Shown here one piece after another: positions 8,628 to 15,160 of a stretch of DNA of 20,000 nucleotides. The position numbers were made by a program, and so were the translations under genes. The notes under the pieces are model-generated. The model saw only the letters and a program-made list of their open reading frames with translations. It did not search any database and was not told the origin of the DNA. The stretch lies in IMG/VR virus record IMGVR_UViG_2645728113_000006, one strand, 5' to 3'. Source of the stretch: an uncultured virus (IMG/VR IMGVR_UViG_2645728113_000006) (Duplodnaviria; Heunggongvirae; Uroviricota; Caudoviricetes). The stretch's first letter is position 1. The number at the start of each line of letters is the position of its first letter.

Positions 8628-9078
8628 GTTGACAAAGCACCCGAGCTATAAGCAAGCCGTTGAAGACTTCCTCAAGGAGTTCAAATACGGTGATTTGGTC
8701 GGACATGAATGGCTGGAGGCTCGTTTCGGCATGCCGTCAATGACCGATTCGAAGTCGCTGACTGTTGAGAAGTTTCGTGAGCGTCAGTTCGAGTGGCTGG
8801 CGAACGTCGAGGCATTCAAGTCGGACTTGCTCAAACATCATCAAGTCTGCCTTCAGTCAGTGCGCGGGCGTGGTTATCGATGGGTGCCGCCTCATGAGCA
8901 GACAGAAGTTGCGGTAACTGAGTTGGGCCGGAATGTCAGGAAGGCGTTTCGCGGGAGTGGAGAAAAGCTGAGAAATTTGAGGATTACGGAGCTTACCGAT
9001 GATCAGCGACGGGCAAACCTTGACGCTGTTGCAAAGTTTTCCGCGCTCCAGGGCATGACTCGAAAGGCTCTTGGTTAA
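8620..9078 (+). CDS. Hypothetical protein, accessory gene between the RAMP-like gene and the RNA array
   Basis: 152 aa from ATG 8620 (MSELTKHPSY), 8-nt overlap with the RAMP gene. LQSVRGRGYRWV resembles a winged-helix wing. Stop codon lies inside the first array repeat. Confidence 0.75.
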   Translation: MSELTKHPSYKQAVEDFLKEFKYGDLVGHEWLEARFGMPSMTDSKSLTVEKFRERQFEWLANVEAFKSDLLKHHQVCLQSVRGRGYRWVPPHEQTEVAVTELGRNVRKAFRGSGEKLRNLRITELTDDQRRANLDAVAKFSALQGMTRKALG

Positions 9079-9130
9079 TAGCAGCGTAATATCCTTTCTA
9101 TGAGAGGGCATTGCGGTGCGAATGCATCAT

Positions 9131-9190
9131 GTGGCGTGGCGAGACAAGGTTGGGCGAGGTCTGGTTAGGTCGGGCATGTCTAGGTGAGGG
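9131..9190 (+). ncRNA. Putative guide tract 1 (12 NN-GGY pentamers)
   Basis: GT-GGC GT-GGC GA-GAC AA-GGT TG-GGC GA-GGT CT-GGT TA-GGT CG-GGC AT-GTC TA-GGT GA-GGG; exact 5-nt register. Confidence 0.8.
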
Positions 9191-9245
9191 CTGACAACAG
9201 CGTAATGCCGATTGGAATCAGTCGGCATTGCGGTGGCAGAAGCCG

Positions 9246-9310
9246 CTGGCAGGTTCTGGTCCGGCAAGTCGCGGCTAGGCCCGGCGGGGTGTGATTTGAT
9301 TTGGTATGGG
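9246..9310 (+). ncRNA. Putative guide tract 2 (13 NN-GGY pentamers)
   Basis: CT-GGC AG-GTT CT-GGT CC-GGC AA-GTC GC-GGC TA-GGC CC-GGC GG-GGT GT-GAT TT-GAT TT-GGT AT-GGG; exact 5-nt register. Confidence 0.8.
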
Positions 9311-9375
9311 CTGATAACAGCGTAATGTCTCTTCTTGGAGGAGGCATTGCAGTTTTAGAAGGTTTCGATTGACAT

Positions 9376-9400
9376 GGCCCGCATTGCGGGCTTTCGTGTT
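9376..9400 (+). terminator. Probable terminator closing the array transcript
   Basis: GCCCGC-att-GCGGGC followed by TTTCGTGTT. Confidence 0.55.
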
Positions 9401-9449
9401 GCTCTCTGCCTGGTGATAAAGTCTCGCCATATCTCAACGAGGGAGCGAC

Positions 9450-9851
9450 ATGAAACTGTTCGTAGGATTTTTTTTTATTTTGAGCTTGGTCGGCTGCTCT
9501 AGTTCGCCCATATCTGCCGACAAGGCCGATCCGGTGCCAAGCTCTCGGCTTTATGCCTTCGCTGCAAAGTCCGATTCTCAACTCATTGTTACCCGAGATG
9601 GCGGGATGTTTGGATCTGGATGCAATTACCGTTTCTATATCAATGGGGAGCTTGCTGCCGAATTCTCCTCGGGGGAGGTGGCCAGGTTTGGTGTTAAGGC
9701 CGGCCGAGTAGTGCTTGGCGCGAAGCCAAGCGCAGCTTGCGGGGGAGGGATGATGGTTGAGCGCGATGTCGAAATAAAAAGCGGAGAAGTTTTGAGAAGA
9801 AGAATATCCATGTCGCCCGGCGGTCCAGATATATCAGCTACCGCTTATTGA
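9450..9851 (+). CDS. Lipoprotein moron
   Basis: Signal peptide with lipobox LVGC (MKLFVGFFFILSLVGC); RBS GAGGGAG; terminator downstream. Confidence 0.85.
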   Translation: MKLFVGFFFILSLVGCSSSPISADKADPVPSSRLYAFAAKSDSQLIVTRDGGMFGSGCNYRFYINGELAAEFSSGEVARFGVKAGRVVLGAKPSAACGGGMMVERDVEIKSGEVLRRRISMSPGGPDISATAY

Positions 9852-9858
9852 TCCCATT

Positions 9859-9883
9859 AAGCCCGCTACAGCGGGTTTTTTTT
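9859..9883 (+). terminator. Rho-independent terminator
   Basis: GCCCGCT-ac-AGCGGGT followed by a T run. Confidence 0.75.
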
Positions 9884-9898
9884 CGCCTGGAGAAAACT

Positions 9899-10498
9899 AT
9901 GTCAGCACTCGCAATTAATTATCAGCCGATGACTACCATCTTGCTTTATGGGCAGCTTAGGCAATTTGGAAGATCTTTCAGGTTGTCAGTTAAGTCCCCA
10001 GCCGAGGCTATCAAGGCGCTATGCGTACAGATCCCTGGCTTCGAGCGGTTCCTGTCGAACGCCAAGTCTCGCGGCATTGAGTTTGCCGTGTTTCGAGGGT
10101 CAAAAAATCTTGCAGAAAAAGAATTAGGATTTGGCGGTTCCGGAGAAATCCGTATAGCGCCTGTAATTACGGGCCGAAAGCGCGCAGGCCTGATGCAGAC
10201 CATTTTGGGCGCCATATTGATTGTGGTAGGTTTTTTTGCTTTCGGGTCGACAACAACTACAGGCGCAGCGCTCATAGCGGGCGGTATCGGTAGTGCTGCT
10301 GGGGGCGTAATCCAAATGCTTAGTCCGCAGGCGGCAGGCCTCAAGATGAGCGCTGCGCCCGAAAACCAGCCTGGATATGCATTTGGCTCGGCGCAGAACA
10401 CAACTGCATCCGGCAACCCGGTCCCGCTCTGCTACGGCAAGCGCAGGGTCGGCGGGGCGATTATTAGCGCCGCGATATACGCCGAAGACCAGATGTAG
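9899..10498 (+). CDS. Tail assembly protein, lambda gpI-like
   Basis: ATG 9899 after GGAGA. LYGQLRQFG...SPAEAIKALC ubiquitin-like N-terminus, a hydrophobic Gly-rich segment, and YAFG...GNPVPLCYG. Confidence 0.92.
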   Translation: MSALAINYQPMTTILLYGQLRQFGRSFRLSVKSPAEAIKALCVQIPGFERFLSNAKSRGIEFAVFRGSKNLAEKELGFGGSGEIRIAPVITGRKRAGLMQTILGAILIVVGFFAFGSTTTTGAALIAGGIGSAAGGVIQMLSPQAAGLKMSAAPENQPGYAFGSAQNTTASGNPVPLCYGKRRVGGAIISAAIYAEDQM

Positions 10499-10518
10499 AC
10501 ATCACTTTAAGCGTCGCA

Positions 10519-10543
10519 GCCGCCCACGAGGCGGTTTTTTATT
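10519..10543 (+). terminator. Terminator-like hairpin between I and J
   Basis: GCCGCC-cacga-GGCGGT-TTTTT. Confidence 0.65.
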
Positions 10544-10557
10544 GCCTGGAGAAAAGC

Positions 10558-13500
10558 ATGGGCGCAGCACAAAAGATCGATATACACGGCGCCAAAGGCG
10601 GCGAAGGTAAACCAAAAACGCCGACTGAGGCCCCGGACAGTCTGCGCTCTGTTGCTATCGCAAAAATGCTCATTGCCGTGGGCGAGGGTGAGTTCGAGGG
10701 CACGCCAACTGCCAAAGACATCTATCTCGACAACACGCCCCTGCAAGACCCTCAAGGCAACATAAATTTCCCGAACGTGAAGTGGGAGTGGCGCACCGGT
10801 GCCGTGGACCAGAGCTATATCCAGGGCATCCCTTCGGTCGAGAACGAGACCACGATCAGTACCGAGCTGCGCAGCGGGACACCGTGGGTACGGGCCATCA
10901 GCAATACCCAGCTTTCCGCTGTTCGCGTCCGTTTTGCGTGGCCTGTGCTTCAGTCCGTGGACTCTGGTGGCAACGTCAATGGCTACCGGATTGAATACAA
11001 GGTTGAGCTGGCCACCGATGGCGGCGCCTATCAGCAGGTGCTGAGCGAGGCTGTCGACGGCAAGACCACCAGCCTGTACGAGCGCACGCGCCGTATCAAT
11101 TTGCCGAAGGCCACTTCTGGTTGGCTGATGCGGATCACTCGCCTGACCGCGAATCAGAACAACAACAAAATCTCCGACACGATGCAAATTGCCGGCTTCA
11201 CCGAGGTGATCGACGCGAAGATCCGCTACCCGAATACTGCGCTGCTTTACATCGAGTTCTCGGCCGAGCAGTTCCGCAGCATTCCTGCCGTTACCGTCGA
11301 GACCAAACTGAAGAAGATGCAGGTGCCGAGCAACTACGACCCAGTGTCGCGCACCTACTCGGGCGTCTGGGATGGCACGTTTAAGCAGGCTTGGACCGAC
11401 AACGCGGTCTGGATGACCTACGACATCAGTACCGCCGACCGCTTCGGCCTGGGTCGCCGCATCAAGCCGTGGATGGTTGATATTTGGGAGTTGTATCGTA
11501 TTTCCCAATACTGCGACCAGTTGGTGCCGGACGGGAAGGGGGGCCTGGAACCGCGCTTCATCTGCAACTTGAACCTGCAGAGCAAAGCCGATGCCTGGTC
11601 ACTGCTGCGTGACATATCGGCGATCTACCGAGGCATGACCTACTGGGCCCAGGGCCAGGTCTTCACCCTGTCGGATATGCCGCGTGCCACTGACTTCGAC
11701 TTCGCCTATACCAGGGCCAACGTCCTTGACGGTAAGTTCACCTACTCCAGCGCGTCGGAGCGTACCCGGTACACCCGGGCGCTGATCAGCTACGACAACC
11801 CGCTGAACAACTACGACACCGATGTCACTGCTGTGACCGATGCAAAGCTCCAGCGGCGCTATGGTGACAATCCGCTGGAGATCAGCGCAATTGGTTGTAC
11901 CCGCGAGTCCGAGGCCCAGCGCCGCGGCAAGTGGGCGCTGCTGACCAACTCCAAGGATCGGGCGGTTACCTTCAAGGTCGGCCTCGACGGTCGCATCCCG
12001 CTTCCTGGTTACGTGATCCCCATTGCTGACGAACTGCTTGCAGGTCGGCCGGTGGGTGGCCGTATCTCGGCGGTGAACGGAAAGGTCATCACCCTGGACC
12101 GTGACACCCAGGCCAAGCCCGGCGACCGGTTGATCCTCAACTTGCCAGACGGCAAGTGCGAGGGGCGCACGGTGCAACTGGTCAGTGGCCGACAGGTCAC
12201 CGTAACCCTGGCCTACTCCGTACCACCGGAGCGTGAACTAGTGTGGGCGCTGGACGCCGACGATCTGGCGATCCCGCTTTACCGGGTGGTCAGCGTGGCG
12301 CGGCCAGAGCCCGGCGTATTTGAAATCTCAGCCGTGCAGTACGACCCCAGCAAGTTCGATCACATCGACACCGGCGCCCGGTTGGAAGAGCGGCCTATCA
12401 GCGTTGTACCGATCACCGTAGTTCCTGCCCCGACGAGCGTCGACATCACGTCGAACTACTCCGTGGACCAGGGCCTGGCAATCAGCACCATGAATATCTC
12501 GTGGCCTGCTGTGGCTGGCGCAGTGGCTTATGACGTGGAGTGGCGCAAGGACAGCGGAAACTGGATCAAGCTGCAGCGCACCGGCTCTACCAGCGTTGAC
12601 GTCACCGGCATTTACTCGGGCGCATATCTCGCCCGTGTTCGGTCGGTGAGCGCGTTCGAGATTTCGTCCATTTGGAAGAGCTCCAATCTGACCAACCTGG
12701 AAGGGAAGGTCGGCCTCCCGCCGGCCGTGGCGTTCCTGTCCACCACTAGCGAGCTGTTCGGCATTGGCATTCGCTGGGGTTTCCCGGCTGACGCCGAGGA
12801 TACCCAGCGCACCGAGCTCTGGTATGGACAGGCTAATGATCTGTCGGTGGCGACCAAACTCGCAGACTTGGCGCACCCCCAAGCGAATTACAGCATGCAG
12901 GCCCTAAAGGCCGGCGCGCAGTTCTTCTTCTGGGCTCGCCTGGTCGACCGTACCGGTAACGTTGGCCCGTTCTATCCCGTCGGTAACGGCGTGATGGGGA
13001 TGGCAAGTGCCGATGCGGCGCCGGTGCTGGATTTGATCGCCGGGCAGATTGGGCGTACGGAGCTGGGCAAGGACATCACGGACGAGATCGACAAGATCCC
13101 AGGGCTGCAGGCGCAGATCGACGCGCTCGATGGGTTGTCCGCCTACGACCCGGAGTCGACCTACCTTGAGTTTGACCTAGTGGTGGTTGGTAAGCGGATC
13201 TACCAGGCCACCGGCCCGGTACCCGTCGATACGCCACCACCGAATGCCAACTACTGGCAGGACGTGGGTCAGGCGGTGGTCACTGCCAATGGCCTTGCGC
13301 GTCAAGTTGAGATCAATACCACCAGCATCACCGAACTGGACGGGGTGGTCACGGCTCAGGCGTCAAGTCTTCAGGCGTTGCAATCGGCTTATCGGGACGA
13401 CACGGGGGAGGGGGATCTGGTTGATGCACTCCAGGGCTACAACGCCTCGGCGAGTTTCGCGCAGGAAGTGAAGACGCAGGCCACGAAGAACGCAGCCATG

Positions 13501-14121
13501 GTGCAGCGGCAGACCGAACTTACTGCAGAGGTGGGCGACGTCGCCGGCACCGTAACTGATCTGGAAAGAGTTGTGGTCACTGATCGGGAGGCGACTGCCC
13601 AGGCCATCCAGCAGGTCGGCGTGAAGATCGGCGAAAACACGGCTGATATCCAGACCGTGAGCAAGGCCCAAGCAGACACAGACGGCAAGCTCTCAACGAT
13701 GTGGTCCGTGAAGATGCAGCTCAATGCGAATGGCCAGTACGTCGCGGCAGGCATCGGGCTTGGTATCGAGAACGTAGATGGTCAGTTGCAGAGCCAGTTC
13801 CTGGTGAGCGCCGACAGGTTCGCCGTGGTGAACAACATCAATGGCGTGCTTTCTACACCATTCACCGTGCAGAACGGCCAGGTGTTCATGCGATCTGCCT
13901 TCATCGAGGACGGCAGCATCTCGATGCTGAAGATCGGTGAGGCTCTGCAGTCCAACAACTACGTCGCTGGCGTTCAGGGGTGGCGTTTGGATAAGGCCGG
14001 GAACCTTGAGTTCAACGGTCCGGCACCTGGTGGTGGACGCCTGACGATGACCAATCGTGCGATCAAGGTGTACGACGAAAACAACGTCAAGCGGGTGCAG
14101 CTAGGGGATCTGACAGCATGA
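10558..14121 (+). CDS. Host-specificity / central tail tip protein, lambda gpJ-like
   Basis: 1187 aa; GAKGG N-terminus, YPNTAL, WDGTFKQAWTDN, YCDQLVPDG.GG.EPRF, FN3-like repeats, and C-terminal SQFLVSADRFAV...GWRLDK.G. Confidence 0.96.
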   Translation: MGAAQKIDIHGAKGGEGKPKTPTEAPDSLRSVAIAKMLIAVGEGEFEGTPTAKDIYLDNTPLQDPQGNINFPNVKWEWRTGAVDQSYIQGIPSVENETTISTELRSGTPWVRAISNTQLSAVRVRFAWPVLQSVDSGGNVNGYRIEYKVELATDGGAYQQVLSEAVDGKTTSLYERTRRINLPKATSGWLMRITRLTANQNNNKISDTMQIAGFTEVIDAKIRYPNTALLYIEFSAEQFRSIPAVTVETKLKKMQVPSNYDPVSRTYSGVWDGTFKQAWTDNAVWMTYDISTADRFGLGRRIKPWMVDIWELYRISQYCDQLVPDGKGGLEPRFICNLNLQSKADAWSLLRDISAIYRGMTYWAQGQVFTLSDMPRATDFDFAYTRANVLDGKFTYSSASERTRYTRALISYDNPLNNYDTDVTAVTDAKLQRRYGDNPLEISAIGCTRESEAQRRGKWALLTNSKDRAVTFKVGLDGRIPLPGYVIPIADELLAGRPVGGRISAVNGKVITLDRDTQAKPGDRLILNLPDGKCEGRTVQLVSGRQVTVTLAYSVPPERELVWALDADDLAIPLYRVVSVARPEPGVFEISAVQYDPSKFDHIDTGARLEERPISVVPITVVPAPTSVDITSNYSVDQGLAISTMNISWPAVAGAVAYDVEWRKDSGNWIKLQRTGSTSVDVTGIYSGAYLARVRSVSAFEISSIWKSSNLTNLEGKVGLPPAVAFLSTTSELFGIGIRWGFPADAEDTQRTELWYGQANDLSVATKLADLAHPQANYSMQALKAGAQFFFWARLVDRTGNVGPFYPVGNGVMGMASADAAPVLDLIAGQIGRTELGKDITDEIDKIPGLQAQIDALDGLSAYDPESTYLEFDLVVVGKRIYQATGPVPVDTPPPNANYWQDVGQAVVTANGLARQVEINTTSITELDGVVTAQASSLQALQSAYRDDTGEGDLVDALQGYNASASFAQEVKTQATKNAAMVQRQTELTAEVGDVAGTVTDLERVVVTDREATAQAIQQVGVKIGENTADIQTVSKAQADTDGKLSTMWSVKMQLNANGQYVAAGIGLGIENVDGQLQSQFLVSADRFAVVNNINGVLSTPFTVQNGQVFMRSAFIEDGSISMLKIGEALQSNNYVAGVQGWRLDKAGNLEFNGPAPGGGRLTMTNRAIKVYDENNVKRVQLGDLTA

Positions 14122-14459
14122 TCGCAGGAATCAGAATATGGGGGCCTACTGGCCTCCTTGAATTGGATGAGAACTCTTTCACTGTGAGGGTTGTTTATTC
14201 TGGCCTCGTTGCTCGTACTCCAGGGGGTGGGAGAAATACCTATATTGCAATTCCGGGGGTAAGCCCGGCTACGCACTCAGCTATATGCATTCCAGTTGGG
14301 GCATACCCGCAAGACCCCAGTGCACAAAATGCTTATGCAGTTCAGTACGAGCCTCAGGTAGCTGACGGTGGAGTTTATGTTTGGTTTGGTAACAGGCTTC
14401 ATGCCCAGGGTGCCACAGGTCTATCCACGCAGAGACTGTTAGTGATGAGGTATAGATAA
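14118..14459 (+). CDS. Small tail-tip-associated hypothetical protein
   Basis: ATGA-coupled to J; G.RIW...G.L.LD N-terminus typical of the genes that follow J. Confidence 0.7.
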   Translation: MIAGIRIWGPTGLLELDENSFTVRVVYSGLVARTPGGGRNTYIAIPGVSPATHSAICIPVGAYPQDPSAQNAYAVQYEPQVADGGVYVWFGNRLHAQGATGLSTQRLLVMRYR

Positions 14460-15095
14460 ATGGCTTACGGATTGGAATATAAAAATAACAATGATGTCGT
14501 CACTCTGGATTCTGAGTTTTCGAGGCTGGTTGTTTTGCAGTCCGGAAGATACTCAGGTGGAGTGACTTTTTCACCTGCAATAACAACGGATGAGCCGCCG
14601 CTTGTATTTGTGAGACCGGATGCTTCCGTGACTTTCCAGTATGTAACGATAGGTGGCGGACCGGGCAATTGGACAGGGTTTTCTTATATTGGAGGTGGTG
14701 CTGGAAAATATTTCTGTGCAGCCTTCAAGTCAAGAGAGACTGAAACCTATGGCCTGAGGCTGTGGGATGGCTCTACTAACTTGTTGTTTGATAGTGGAAC
14801 GCCTTGCGCTCAGTTTACGAGGGTGATCTCAAGCTGGGCATATGCCGGCTCGGTTGGTACCGGGCAGCCTGGACAATATAAGACAAGCTGGACTGCCCCG
14901 TCACCGCTAGATACTGGGGATTACATGCTGATAAATACAATCGGTATGGATGTTGCTGGGGCCTCAACCAGATACGCGAAGCTTTACTGTGTTTGGGATT
15001 ATGGGGGGAATCAGGTTGTTCCATTTATTGTTGGCGTGAACAATTCTACGCTGGGATTTTTCGTTCCTATAGCATTTGCTAAACCCATATCTTAG
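14460..15095 (+). CDS. Tail-associated hypothetical protein
   Basis: 211 aa; MAYGL...N and YGLRLWD...LLFDS internally repeated motifs; directly abuts the previous gene. Confidence 0.7.
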   Translation: MAYGLEYKNNNDVVTLDSEFSRLVVLQSGRYSGGVTFSPAITTDEPPLVFVRPDASVTFQYVTIGGGPGNWTGFSYIGGGAGKYFCAAFKSRETETYGLRLWDGSTNLLFDSGTPCAQFTRVISSWAYAGSVGTGQPGQYKTSWTAPSPLDTGDYMLINTIGMDVAGASTRYAKLYCVWDYGGNQVVPFIVGVNNSTLGFFVPIAFAKPIS

Positions 15096-15160
15096 CGAGC
15101 GATAAGTTACACAAAATCTAAATGACCGCCACGAGCGGTTTTTATTGTCTGGAGAAAAGT

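Larger units (their letters stand above)
9072..9350 (+). repeat. Array of three structured repeats separated by two NN-GGY pentamer tracts (CRISPR-like architecture, not a canonical CRISPR)
   Basis: Conserved GGYTRAYARCAGCGTAAT...GGCATTGC, with CAGCGTAAT at 9082, 9198 and 9318 (spacing 116 and 120 nt). Each repeat has a 13-bp stem (9086-9114, 9202-9231, 9322-9350) whose internal sequence differs but stays paired. Confidence 0.93.

Noticed and set aside
9131..9310. Pentamer tracts as simple microsatellite or slippage repeats
   Set aside because: The first two bases differ in almost every unit while the register is exact, and the variable bases decode to tail gene motifs. Slippage would give identical units.
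9072..9350. Canonical CRISPR array or TIGR array
   Set aside because: Repeats vary internally and the spacers are ~60-nt tracts with a 5-nt period. No cas1/cas2/cas6 or Nop-domain gene is present, and there are no 36-nt box C/D-like units.
9180..9581. 133-aa minus-strand ORF (and 8857-9111) across the array
   Set aside because: Antisense to the lipoprotein gene and the array, with no recognisable protein features. The 5-nt periodicity and + strand G-U stems argue for non-coding RNA.
10507..13754. Long minus-strand ORFs inside J (e.g. 10507-11508, 11599-12177, 12328-12882)
   Set aside because: Shadow ORFs expected opposite a high-GC3 gene.
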